A stretch of 64,000 bases of DNA from Candidatus Woesearchaeota archaeon (lineage in GTDB: Archaea; Nanobdellota; Nanobdellia; Woesearchaeales; WJKL01): contig WJJM01000039.1 of the NCBI GenBank assembly GCA_014729675.1, positions 1,479 through 65,478 of the forward strand. Reading direction: 5' to 3'. This document shows positions 39,901-49,412 of the stretch, in pieces. Positions within the stretch are counted from its first letter, which is position 1, and each line of letters opens with the position of its first letter. The notes beneath the pieces are model-generated. The model searched no databases and was not told where the DNA came from. It saw only the letters and a list, made by a program, of their open reading frames with translations. A program made the position numbers and the translations under genes.

Positions 39901-40005
39901 TTTCTCAAGAGGTAGTAAGATAAACCTATATATAAATGTTTATTTACTCAGAAGTATATTTTCGAGTATATAAATTAAAAAAATAAAAAAAGGGGGAATG
40001 AAAAA

Positions 40006-41076
40006 ATGGATTTTGTCGTGGAAAATGCTGTAAAAAATGCAGCTGAACAAAACGTAGGAGATACAAACGTAGGTCAGGCCAATATAAAGGTTATTGGTGT
40101 TGGCGGAGCTGGTAACAATATGGTTGGCTGGCTATACAACAAAGGTATTAAAGGAGCTGAAATATTAGCGGTTAATACAGATCAACAACATCTGGATATT
40201 ACTGATTCTGACAGTAAATTTCTGCTGGGAAGAGAGGTGACAAGAGGCTTAGGCTGTGGAGGATATCCTCAAAAAGGAACTGAAGCAGCTCAAGAAAGCC
40301 TTAATGAGCTGAAGGAATCCCTGAAGGATTCTGATATGGTATTTGTCTGTGCTGGAATGGGCGGAGGAACAGGTACAGGTGCTGCTCCAGTGGCTGCACA
40401 GGTAGCTAAAGATGCAGGTTCAATTGTTATCGGAACTGTAACTATGCCTTTTAACATAGAAAGAGCAAGAGTGGATAAGGCTGAATTCGGACTACAGCAG
40501 TTAAGACAGATATCTGATACAGTTATCGTAATTGATAACAACAGATTAGTCAATATTGCAGGAAACCTGCCAATACAGCAAGCATTTGCTGTCGCTAATG
40601 AGCTTATCAGTACAATGATCAAGGGAATCGTAGAGACAATCGCCGTCCCTTCATTAGTCAACCTGGATTATGCAGATGTAAAGGCTATCATGACTAATGG
40701 CGGAGTTGCTGCTATCGGCGTAGGCTCAAGTGATACAAATAACAAGGTAGAAGAAGCTGTTAAAGGCGCTCTAAGCAATCCTTTATTGGATATAAGCTAT
40801 GAAGGTGCTACAGGCGCTCTGATACATGTTTGCGGCGGACCTGATATGACACTGGAAGAAATCTCCAAAGTAGGAGAACTGGTCACTGAATCCTTGGATG
40901 ACGATGCAAATGTTATCTGGGGAGCTAGAGTTTCAGAGGACATGAAAGGGAAGCTTACAGTTATGACCATTGTGACAGGAGTAAACAGCCCATGGATACT
41001 TGGAAAAGTAGACCATAAGAACCCTAGTCCACAGGCAAAACAGATGAGTGAAGAGCTTGGAATAGAGATAGTATAG
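40006..41076 (+). CDS. ftsZ: Cell division GTPase FtsZ (tubulin/FtsZ family)
   Basis: GVGGAGNN and GMGGGTGTGAAPV tubulin-signature GTP-binding motifs; GGGGGA SD. Confidence 0.8.
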   Translation: MDFVVENAVKNAAEQNVGDTNVGQANIKVIGVGGAGNNMVGWLYNKGIKGAEILAVNTDQQHLDITDSDSKFLLGREVTRGLGCGGYPQKGTEAAQESLNELKESLKDSDMVFVCAGMGGGTGTGAAPVAAQVAKDAGSIVIGTVTMPFNIERARVDKAEFGLQQLRQISDTVIVIDNNRLVNIAGNLPIQQAFAVANELISTMIKGIVETIAVPSLVNLDYADVKAIMTNGGVAAIGVGSSDTNNKVEEAVKGALSNPLLDISYEGATGALIHVCGGPDMTLEEISKVGELVTESLDDDANVIWGARVSEDMKGKLTVMTIVTGVNSPWILGKVDHKNPSPQAKQMSEELGIEIV

Positions 41077-41117
41077 ATATAATCTATACTTTTTAATTTT
41101 CTTTTTTAGGGATTTCT

Positions 41118-41165
41118 TGCCTTCATTTTAACTCCCTAACCACCCCCAAACCCAAATGAAGGCAA
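41118..41165 (+). terminator. Perfect 12-bp inverted repeat (ttgccttcattt / aaatgaaggcaa) with 24-nt loop downstream of ftsZ, followed by T-run
   Basis: Seen directly; a T7 run follows about 30 nt later. Confidence 0.35.
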
Positions 41166-41284
41166 ATACTTGGTCTCTTCCTGCTCTGCAGGGGGAGATT
41201 TTTTTATTTTATTCATTAGATGATTCTATATTGTTTTGAAAATCTCTAAATTCTAAGATTTAATATTCCTAAAAATCAAAAAAG

Positions 41285-41400
41285 ATTTCAATCCTATCGA
41301 TGGCACTTACAAGCTTCGCTTGTTCGTGCACAGCCTCAATACGATATAAGCTGAGTTCTGGCTCTGTTGTAGAAATAAGAGCTCTCTGTGACATTAGCAT
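41285..41400 (-). repeat. Copy E (minus orientation, 5-prime-shortened) of dispersed GC-rich element family
   Basis: rc reads ...agccagaactcagc..ggctgtgcacgaacaagcgaagcttgtaagtgccatcgataggattgaaatc; closest to copy D. Confidence 0.5.
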
Positions 41401-41421
41401 AATGGATGAAATTAAAGAATA

Positions 41422-41958
41422 TTATCTCTTAAAGACTATCTTTTTCTGGCCAGAATATAACCCCATCTTTGTCATGGCTTCAAATTGGTCCTTGCTTACA
41501 ATTAAAGGGGAGACTATGAAATCGTATTTTTCTCTTATCTCTCCGCAGATCTCTTTTATCTTACCATTATCTATATTTTCTCCAATCAGCATGAGATTGG
41601 CTCTTTGGTTGGACTCTTCTCCATGCAGTACAACTGCTTTTATCTCATATATGTTCCTTATCTTATCTATGAATAATTGCAGGACTTGCTTGTCTTTCTT
41701 TAGCATCTCATAGAGAAATCCTGTCCTTTCTGTATGCCTGAACTTATAGAATTTAGAGTTTTTTCTGACTATAGGATCTATGATCTCAAAATCCATGAGC
41801 TTTACAAGAATGCGGTATGTTGAAGCTGGTGAGACCTTTGCTGCCTTGGAGATCTCTCTCAGATACATGCCTTCTTCAGAATTATCATTAGCTAATATCT
41901 GCAGGATCGACAAAATCTTCTGATCAAACAATTGTTGGAGAAGCTCTATATCCTTCAT
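41422..41958 (-). CDS. Winged-helix transcriptional regulator (TrmB/MarR-like) with C-terminal domain of unknown function
   Basis: LREISKAAKVSPASTYRILVKLMDFEII HTH. Confidence 0.45.
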   Translation of the reverse strand: MKDIELLQQLFDQKILSILQILANDNSEEGMYLREISKAAKVSPASTYRILVKLMDFEIIDPIVRKNSKFYKFRHTERTGFLYEMLKKDKQVLQLFIDKIRNIYEIKAVVLHGEESNQRANLMLIGENIDNGKIKEICGEIREKYDFIVSPLIVSKDQFEAMTKMGLYSGQKKIVFKR

Positions 41959-42162
41959 ATTTTAATAGTATAGCTTAGTTTTATTTAAATGTTTCTTTTT
42001 TGAAACAATGTTCCATATTTGAAATTCTTTTTTTGTTGAAAATTTTAGATTATATTTTTAGCAAAGATTAGGAAATTTCAGGGTATTTATTTTCTATTTT
42101 GGAGAATATTCTATATCCCCAAGAACCTAAAAATCTTACTCTTTGTTTCAATCTAAAGCAAA

Positions 42163-43938
42163 TTATCTGTTTCTCTGCCTTTGGGATCTGTAGAATTCTT
42201 TTATCTGTTTTAGGTCTGAAACTTCTTCCAGGGGTTTGTCCTGCCTTAATCTTACCAATCTTGGGAATCTTAAGGCAAATCCTGAAGAGTAGGTAGGGGA
42301 AGCTTGTATTTCTTCATAGTCAACTTCAATGACTATCTTGGGCTTTACATCTACATGCTTTGCTTTTTCTTTTGTTATCAGGGGCTTTAGCATCTTTGTA
42401 AGCTGTTCAAAAGTGATGCCTTCTGTGCCTTTTTCTTTTATTCCAGTTCCTACACGGCCTATTTCCTTAAATTCCCCATTGTCTTTGCATGATATTATAA
42501 AGCTGGAAAGCCAGTTTGCTCTTTTTCCTTCTCCCCATTCTGCTCCAGTTATCACTAAATCTAATGTTTCCATGGTCGGTTTTACCTTAACTCCATAGCC
42601 TACCCTGCTTCCTGGCTTATATGGAGCTTCAAGATTCTTTACCATGATCCCTTCATTTCCAAGCGAGAGGGCTTTTTGATAGAACTCATTGGCTTTTTCC
42701 AGATCGTCTGTTATTATCTGTTCTGCTATAGCTATCCTGAATTCTGCAGGATTTGTTATATCTTCTATCTGTTTTCTTCTTTGTTGGAAGGGTGTTTTTA
42801 TGAGATCTTTTTTGTTTACAAGTATAGCATCAAATATATTTACCATTACAGGTATGTCTTTAGCCATCTGTTCTATGTTGTATTTTCTTTTTATCCTTTG
42901 AGATATGTCCTGAAATGGCTTGTATTTGCCTGTTCTGCGGTCAATTCCTATTATCTCAGCATCAAGTATGAATGAGTCTGCATCGATGTTCTCTTTTATG
43001 TATCTTATGACATCTGGGAACTGTCTTGATACATCTTCTAACCTCCTTGTGAAGAGTTTTATCTTATTGTCTTTTTTATGTATCTCAAGCCTGAATCCGT
43101 CATATTTATATTCTATGGCTGCTGGAGAGCCTACGCGCTCAAAAGCATCCTCAATATCTTCTGCTTTCTTGAAAAGCATGAGGTTTATAGGGGTATTTAC
43201 CTTAAGTTTTACCTTGTTTAAGCCCTCCAGACCTGAATCTTTTGCTATTTCAGCTACTTCTGAGAACTGGTTGAGCATATCATAGGCATTCTGGACTGCA
43301 TCTGAGTATCTATTGTATAATTTTCTTTTTTCTTCATCCAGGTTGATATCATTCTCTTCTTTGTTATAGATTATCCCTATCTTTTCTCCAAAATAAGCCC
43401 AGACAATAGCATCCCTTAGAGAGCCTTCTCCTACACCAATCCTAAGGTCCTGGAGAACTGTTCTTGTTATGTATTTTGCTTCTAATGGCTCTGCTGAAGT
43501 CAATAATTCTGCTATTAGCTTGACTTTCCTGTCAACAGTGCCCTGGCCTTCCAATAATGCAAGATTCTGGAAGTTTTCAAATACTTTTTTAATATCTAAT
43601 TTACTGGAGAAAAGTGTTGACTGCTCTTTTTTTGAGAATATGCTTTCAGCCACATCTCCCAGATCACCTGCTTTTTTCCACATGTCCTCTATCTTCACTG
43701 CAGATATTCCAGAAGCTATATTCATGGATTTAAGTACAATCCTTGAGGCTACACCTAATTCTCTCTGATCCCATTTTGGAAATATCCTTCCTTCTAACAA
43801 TGGAAGGATTATAGAAAGCTCTTTTTTTGGTGTTTTCTTTAGGAGTTCTGCAATCGCAGCTGTCTTTTCCAGGCGCTTTGTTGTTTTTTCCAGAGCTGAA
43901 TAAGTTTTTGTCAGGTCTTTGTAGTCCATAGTTTTCAA
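42163..43938 (-). CDS. lig: ATP-dependent DNA ligase (archaeal/eukaryotic type)
   Basis: Adenylation motif KYDGFR (motif I), EGIMVK, DLVITGAEWGEGKRANWLSSF (motif V region), OB-fold C-terminus. Confidence 0.85.
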   Translation of the reverse strand: MKTMDYKDLTKTYSALEKTTKRLEKTAAIAELLKKTPKKELSIILPLLEGRIFPKWDQRELGVASRIVLKSMNIASGISAVKIEDMWKKAGDLGDVAESIFSKKEQSTLFSSKLDIKKVFENFQNLALLEGQGTVDRKVKLIAELLTSAEPLEAKYITRTVLQDLRIGVGEGSLRDAIVWAYFGEKIGIIYNKEENDINLDEEKRKLYNRYSDAVQNAYDMLNQFSEVAEIAKDSGLEGLNKVKLKVNTPINLMLFKKAEDIEDAFERVGSPAAIEYKYDGFRLEIHKKDNKIKLFTRRLEDVSRQFPDVIRYIKENIDADSFILDAEIIGIDRRTGKYKPFQDISQRIKRKYNIEQMAKDIPVMVNIFDAILVNKKDLIKTPFQQRRKQIEDITNPAEFRIAIAEQIITDDLEKANEFYQKALSLGNEGIMVKNLEAPYKPGSRVGYGVKVKPTMETLDLVITGAEWGEGKRANWLSSFIISCKDNGEFKEIGRVGTGIKEKGTEGITFEQLTKMLKPLITKEKAKHVDVKPKIVIEVDYEEIQASPTYSSGFALRFPRLVRLRQDKPLEEVSDLKQIKEFYRSQRQRNR

Positions 43939-44084
43939 TAAAAAGCTTTTATTTAATTATTTTATTGTTTTGTCTTTTATTAATACTTTTATTAAAAAAC
44001 CATCTTAGTCCTGAGTCTTAATTGTTTTAGATTGAATAATTCAAAATCATAAAGCTTATATAGATAAAATTATATGTTTTTGTT

Positions 44085-44837
44085 ATGGATGTTTATGAAG
44101 CTATAAAACAGAGAAGGAGCATAAGGAAATATCTTGACAAGCCTGTTGAGTGGGAAAAAGTTTCTTCTGTTATAGATGCAGGAAGATTGGCTCCCAGTTC
44201 AGGAAACATACAGAACTGGAAGTTTATCGTTGTTAATGATACAGACAAGAGAAAAGAGCTGGCTGAAGCTGCATTGAAGCAGGTATGGATAGAGACTGCT
44301 CCTGTGCTTATAGTTGTATGTGCAGAGCCAGTTACAGCAGGAAGATTTTATAATAACAGAGGAGAGGAGCTTTATACAAAACAGAATTGTGCAGCAGCTA
44401 TAGAAAATATGCTTCTTGAAGCTACTGAACTTGGCCTTGGAACATGCTGGGTAGGTGCTTTTGAAGAGAAGATGGTGAAAAAAACACTTGGAGTTGAAAG
44501 CAAGGTTGAAGTACATGCCATCATAACCCTTGGCTATGCTGCTGAAGAAGTTCCAGAGCCTGCAAATTTCCCGCTTGAGCATGTTACTTATTTCAACGGA
44601 TGGATGGGAAAGATAAAGGATGTTCCAGGGTATATGGGCTGGCAGTCAATGAAGAATCCAGCAAGGATAGAAAAAGCAAAAGAAGTTTCAAAAACAGCTG
44701 GTGAGAAAGCTGCTCAGGCTGGGAAAGAGATAGGAAAGAAAGCAAGAGATATATATGAAAATATAGCTTCAAGGATAAAAGCAAAGAAAGAAAAGCAGAA
44801 GATAATGAAAGAGTATGAGAAAATCTACGGCAAGTAA
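44085..44837 (+). CDS. Nitroreductase-family flavoprotein with K-rich C-terminal tail
   Basis: EAIKQRRSIRKY...SSGNIQNWKFIVV nitroreductase signature. Confidence 0.7.
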   Translation: MDVYEAIKQRRSIRKYLDKPVEWEKVSSVIDAGRLAPSSGNIQNWKFIVVNDTDKRKELAEAALKQVWIETAPVLIVVCAEPVTAGRFYNNRGEELYTKQNCAAAIENMLLEATELGLGTCWVGAFEEKMVKKTLGVESKVEVHAIITLGYAAEEVPEPANFPLEHVTYFNGWMGKIKDVPGYMGWQSMKNPARIEKAKEVSKTAGEKAAQAGKEIGKKARDIYENIASRIKAKKEKQKIMKEYEKIYGK

Positions 44838-44876
44838 TCAGCAGTTTTATAAATAGAATTTTCTAATTGTTCTTTT

Positions 44877-46934
44877 ATGTGCGGGATAATAGGAGTATTT
44901 AATCGCAAGGATAGTGTCAAGTTAGTTGAATCTGGATTGAAAGTTATATCTTATAGAGGAAAGGATCATACAGGAGGGTCTAAAGTTAATGATGGATGCA
45001 TAGGCCATTGCCTTCATTCTGTTGTTGATTCAGTGAAACAGCCGATAGATGGCAGATTTACAGTTAACTGCGAAGTTTATAATTGGAAGGAGTTGGATGA
45101 TAAATATTCTTTAGAAGCTAAGAATGATGCAGATATGCTTTTCAATCTTCTTGAAAAAAAAGGCGTATCTGAAGAAGTTCTTGATGAGCTTGATGGAGTT
45201 TATGCTTTTGCCTATGTTAAAGATAATAAATTATATATTGCAAGAGATATAATAGGGATAAAGCCAGTTTGGTATAGTCATTCTGAAGGATTTGCATTTG
45301 CTTCTGAGAAGAAGGCTTTGGAGTCTATTGGTTATATAGATATTGTTGAGCTTAATCCAAGAAAGATTATAGAGTATGATATTGTATCTGATAGATTGTC
45401 TTTTGTTGAAAGAGATTTTTTTTCTATAAAGCCTGAGCTGAAGGAGAGTAAAGAAGGGATTATAAATAGGCTTAGCAGGCTGCTTGATGATGCTGTATCT
45501 AAGAGGATCCCTTCAAGGAAATTTGGATTGTTATTTTCCGGAGGAGTAGATAGTACATTTTTGGCTATGATGCTGAAGAATAAAGGATATGATTTTACAT
45601 GCTATACAGCTGTATTGGATCATCCAGATTTTAGGGTTCCTGAAGATTTGATTTATTCTAAGAAGATTGCAGATTCTTTAGGTCTTGATCTGAAAGTTGT
45701 GAAGATCAAGCTTGATGATATTGAAGAGTATATTAAAAAAATTGTTCCCCTTATCGAGAATTCAAATGTTGTTAAGGTTGGAGTGGCTTTAACTTTTTTT
45801 AAGGCATGTGAGGAAGCTTCTAAAGATGGATGTAAGGTAATCTTTTCTGGGTTAGGTTCAGAGGAGATATTTGCAGGATATGAAAGGCACAAGAATTCAA
45901 GAAACATAAACGAAGAATGCGTTTCTGGATTATTGAAGATGTATGAAAGAGATCTTTATAGGGATGATGTTATAACGATGTTCAACAGTCTTGAATTAAG
46001 GGTCCCTTTTTTAGATAAAAGATTAGTTGAATATTCTTTGAAAATTCCTGAGAAGTTTAAGCTGACTTCTTCAAACAATAAGATGATATTTCGTGATGTT
46101 GCTCTTGATATGGGGCTTTCAGAAGAGTTTGCTTTAAGAGGAAAGAAAGCTGCGCAGTATGGGAGTAATTTTCATAAGTCATTGGAGAAACTGGCTAAGA
46201 AAAATAAGTTTAAGTATATTTCTGAATATTTGCGCCAGTTTTATCCAGGGCATAATGTCAAGTTAGGAGCATTAGTCAGCAGTGGAAAGGATTCAATATA
46301 TGCTATGCATGTCATGATGAGGCAGAACTATAAGATAAACTGTATGATAAGCCTTTTTAGCTCTAATCCTGATTCTTATATGTTCCATACGCCTGCTGTT
46401 GATCTTGTCAATCTGCAGGCTGAGTCTATAGGCCTGCCTTTATTGCAGTTTAAGACTGAAGGGAAGAAAGAAGATGAGCTTGAAGATCTTAAGAAAGCAC
46501 TTCTAAAGGCTAAGGAAGAATATTGTATTGAAGGGATTGTTACAGGAGCTTTGTTTTCCAACTATCAAAGAGAGAGGATAGAAAAGGTTGCAGATTCTTT
46601 GGGATTGAAGATATTTGCTCCTTTGTGGCATATCAACCAGGAGACAGAGATGAGAGAGATAATTGATAATGGTTTTAAGTTTATAATCGTAAAAGTTATG
46701 GCTGACGGGCTGGATAAAAGCTGGTTGGGAAGAGTTATTACAGATGAAGATGTTGATAGATTGGTTGAGTTGGATTCAAAAATGGGTTTTAATGTCGCTG
46801 GAGAGGGTGGCGAGTACGAGACACTTATGATAGATGGGCCAATATTTAATAAAAAGATAAAGATTGTTGAAAGTTCTACTGAAGAAGAATCTTCTATTGT
46901 TGCTGAGCTGAAGATTGAGAGGGCTGAATTATAA
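44877..46934 (+). CDS. Three-domain fusion: class-II glutamine amidotransferase + AsnB-type PP-loop synthetase + Dph6-type diphthine-ammonia ligase PP-loop domain
   Basis: MCGIIGVF (Ntn Cys1); FSGGVDSTFLA (first PP-loop); VSSGKDSIYAMHV...EGIVTGALFSNYQRERIEKVADSLGLKIFAPLW (MJ0570/Dph6-like second PP-loop). Confidence 0.55.
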   Translation: MCGIIGVFNRKDSVKLVESGLKVISYRGKDHTGGSKVNDGCIGHCLHSVVDSVKQPIDGRFTVNCEVYNWKELDDKYSLEAKNDADMLFNLLEKKGVSEEVLDELDGVYAFAYVKDNKLYIARDIIGIKPVWYSHSEGFAFASEKKALESIGYIDIVELNPRKIIEYDIVSDRLSFVERDFFSIKPELKESKEGIINRLSRLLDDAVSKRIPSRKFGLLFSGGVDSTFLAMMLKNKGYDFTCYTAVLDHPDFRVPEDLIYSKKIADSLGLDLKVVKIKLDDIEEYIKKIVPLIENSNVVKVGVALTFFKACEEASKDGCKVIFSGLGSEEIFAGYERHKNSRNINEECVSGLLKMYERDLYRDDVITMFNSLELRVPFLDKRLVEYSLKIPEKFKLTSSNNKMIFRDVALDMGLSEEFALRGKKAAQYGSNFHKSLEKLAKKNKFKYISEYLRQFYPGHNVKLGALVSSGKDSIYAMHVMMRQNYKINCMISLFSSNPDSYMFHTPAVDLVNLQAESIGLPLLQFKTEGKKEDELEDLKKALLKAKEEYCIEGIVTGALFSNYQRERIEKVADSLGLKIFAPLWHINQETEMREIIDNGFKFIIVKVMADGLDKSWLGRVITDEDVDRLVELDSKMGFNVAGEGGEYETLMIDGPIFNKKIKIVESSTEEESSIVAELKIERAEL

Positions 46935-46938
46935 TAAA

Positions 46939-47044
46939 CGCTCCCTCAGGGATTTGAACCCTGGTTTTAGCCTTATTGCAAATGAGCATCTTTAGAATGC
47001 AGTTACCGCAAGGCTACGTACTATCCAGGCTATACTAAGGGAGC
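46939..47044 (-). tRNA. Intron-containing tRNA (about 32-nt intron in anticodon loop); anticodon most likely GCG (Arg), GAT (Ile) not excluded
   Basis: Acceptor GCTCCCT/AGGGAGC, D-arm GTAT..GTAC with A20, anticodon stem TAGCC/GGCTA enclosing 39 nt, T-arm CAGGG-TTCAAAT-CCCTG, discriminator G. Confidence 0.55.
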
Positions 47045-47071
47045 ATTAAAAAACAGAAATCAGAGGATTAT

Positions 47072-47794
47072 TTAAATGTTGCTTGTCTTTTGTTCTTTAA
47101 GGATTATCAGATGATCATAAAGATTGTCCAGCTGCCTGTTGAATGGGACATTCATGAAAGCATCCACGACAGCAGGGTGGAACTCTATGCCTTTTTTCTC
47201 TTTTATTATCGCTACAGCCCTTTCATGCTCCATCCTTTGGTTTTCTTTTCTTCTGTATAATCTTTTGGATCTCATGGCATCATATGCGTCTGCAACATGA
47301 AGTATCCTTGCTCCAAGAGGTATTTCATCTTCTGAGAGCTTATCAGGATATCCTGAGCCGTTATGGTGTTCGTGATGATGCAATATTATACTATAGACCT
47401 CTTTATCAAAATACATTGAAAGTTCAGGATAATTAATCTTGAGATCATTTCTAAGATTTTCTCCTGAGCAAATAGGATGGCTTTTTATGATATTCTTGTG
47501 AAATCCTGAAAGAACATCTTTCTTTTTGTCCCTCATCACATCGGGCCATATCATCTTCATATAATCATGATGGCTGGCTGCAAGCTGAAGCTTTTTTATG
47601 TATTCTTCTGTCAATTCAGAATCATAGGATATATCTAATTCTTTCATCTCATAAGCAAGGTCTAAGGAGATTGCAGCTGTACGTTTCATATGCCTTATAT
47701 CTCTTTGCTGGAATTCGGAGAGAGGCCTATGGTGATTAAACTGGCTGTACACTTTTTTGGTTATTTCATTAAGTTTCATCCTAGATGATGCCAA
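47072..47794 (-). CDS. HD-GYP domain phosphohydrolase
   Basis: ASHHDYMK (HD), HHHEHHNGSGYPD (HHExxDGxGYP), HVADAYDAMRSKRLYR motifs. Confidence 0.7.
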   Translation of the reverse strand: MASSRMKLNEITKKVYSQFNHHRPLSEFQQRDIRHMKRTAAISLDLAYEMKELDISYDSELTEEYIKKLQLAASHHDYMKMIWPDVMRDKKKDVLSGFHKNIIKSHPICSGENLRNDLKINYPELSMYFDKEVYSIILHHHEHHNGSGYPDKLSEDEIPLGARILHVADAYDAMRSKRLYRRKENQRMEHERAVAIIKEKKGIEFHPAVVDAFMNVPFNRQLDNLYDHLIILKEQKTSNI

Positions 47795-47920
47795 TCTTTA
47801 CAAAAAAATACTAGATCTCTGATAAAGTGAAGTCTCTAGTTCCCTAAAAAACCCCTTTACAAGAATATATATGTTTTTAGGATATAAAAAGATTTCGAAA
47901 ACCTATTTAAATCAGCAATA

Positions 47921-49411
47921 TTAACGGATTATTGTTTGCTGAGGTTCAGGACCTGTGGAAATCATCGCTACTTTTCCGCCTGTGAAAGATTCAAGGTATT
48001 CTATGGATTCTTTTAGGCTTGGAGGCAGATTGCCATAATTTGTCTCGCCTGTTATATTCTGATAGCCTGGGTATGTGCTGAATTTGGGAGTTATCCTTCT
48101 CAAAAAGTTTTCATCGTCATCAAATGTTTTTACTATATTGTCTCCATCATTATAGCCATCGCAAAGCCTGAATTCTTCTGCTTCTCCAAGAACATCTGCT
48201 TTTGTCAATATAAGATTAGGGCCATTTATACCCACTGCATATTTTAGTGCTACTAGATCTGTCCAACCGGTCCTTCTCGGTCTTTTTGTAGTTGCTCCAT
48301 ATTCTTCCCCCATCATCCTGATACCTACACCCTGTGTAAAAGGGCAACTTGAATCAATCAGCCCAATCACTTTTTCTGGATTTGATCTCATGTAATCTAC
48401 TACTTCTTTCTCTTTTTTATCCAGCAATACCTTATTTTTCTCTTTTTGTGCTTTTCTTATCTTAGATAGATCTATGTCCATTCCAAGATACTCTTTTGCC
48501 TCAAAGAATATATCACAGTCAAGATCATTTGCGCAATGTATCTCAGAAATATCTTCTCCAAGCTCTGAAGGGAAAGGTCCTCCTCCAACCCGAGTCATAT
48601 AAGGAAACTTTGCTATACCGTATGTTTCGACTATAGATCCAGGCAGACCTACTCCTGAAGCTGTTCCGTTTGCAGAAGGGCTTGAAGATGTAACATAAGG
48701 ATATGTCCCAAACTCTATATCGAGCAATAATCCCTGGGCTCCTTCCAGTGATATCTTTTTTCCTTTATTTACAAATTTATGTATTTCAGCGATAGTGTTT
48801 CTTACAAAAGGATATATCCTTTCTGCATAAGGTTCTATGTAGCTTATAATATCATCTATATTTATATCAGGATAGTATCCTTTTGCTTTCTCAAGACGCT
48901 TGGCCATCATATCTCTGTTGAAAAGGTCTCTTACTCTTACTCCATGCCTTAGTATCTTGTCTCCATAAGCAGGGCCTATCCCTCTTCCTGTAGAGCCTAT
49001 CCCTCCTTTTTTTTGGGATTTGTTTTTCTTTTGATCTTTTTCAATCTGATGAGGGAGGATAACATTAGCTCTGTCACTTATCATAAGATTATTGTAGGGA
49101 ATGTTTTCTTTGTCAAGTTCGTCCATTTCTTCTGTCAAAACTTTCAGGTCTAGGACCATGCCGTTTCCAAGAATATTCGTTTTGCCTTCCTTATCATAGA
49201 TTATGCCTGCAGGGAGTAAATGAAATATACGCTTTTTTCCGTTTATAACAACAGTGTGTCCTGCATTGTTTCCCCCTGTACCTCTTGCTATAACATCTGC
49301 CCAATTTGCTGCAAAATAATCTGAGAATTTTCCTTTTCCAGTGTCTCCCCACTGGTTGCATACTATAGATATTATCTGCTTGTCCTTTACCATATCCTCT
49401 AATCTTGACAT
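47921..49411 (-). CDS. purA: Adenylosuccinate synthetase
   Basis: QWGDTGKGKFSDY P-loop, GTGGNNAGHTV, GTTKRPRRTGW motifs. Confidence 0.85.
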   Translation of the reverse strand: MSRLEDMVKDKQIISIVCNQWGDTGKGKFSDYFAANWADVIARGTGGNNAGHTVVINGKKRIFHLLPAGIIYDKEGKTNILGNGMVLDLKVLTEEMDELDKENIPYNNLMISDRANVILPHQIEKDQKKNKSQKKGGIGSTGRGIGPAYGDKILRHGVRVRDLFNRDMMAKRLEKAKGYYPDINIDDIISYIEPYAERIYPFVRNTIAEIHKFVNKGKKISLEGAQGLLLDIEFGTYPYVTSSSPSANGTASGVGLPGSIVETYGIAKFPYMTRVGGGPFPSELGEDISEIHCANDLDCDIFFEAKEYLGMDIDLSKIRKAQKEKNKVLLDKKEKEVVDYMRSNPEKVIGLIDSSCPFTQGVGIRMMGEEYGATTKRPRRTGWTDLVALKYAVGINGPNLILTKADVLGEAEEFRLCDGYNDGDNIVKTFDDDENFLRRITPKFSTYPGYQNITGETNYGNLPPSLKESIEYLESFTGGKVAMISTGPEPQQTIIR

Positions 49412-49412
49412 C

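Noticed and set aside
41300-41713. Plus-strand ORF (137 aa) between ftsZ and the regulator
   Set aside because: It overlaps repeat copy E and the convergent regulator gene on the other strand. Composition is Cys/Ser-rich noise. Judged spurious.
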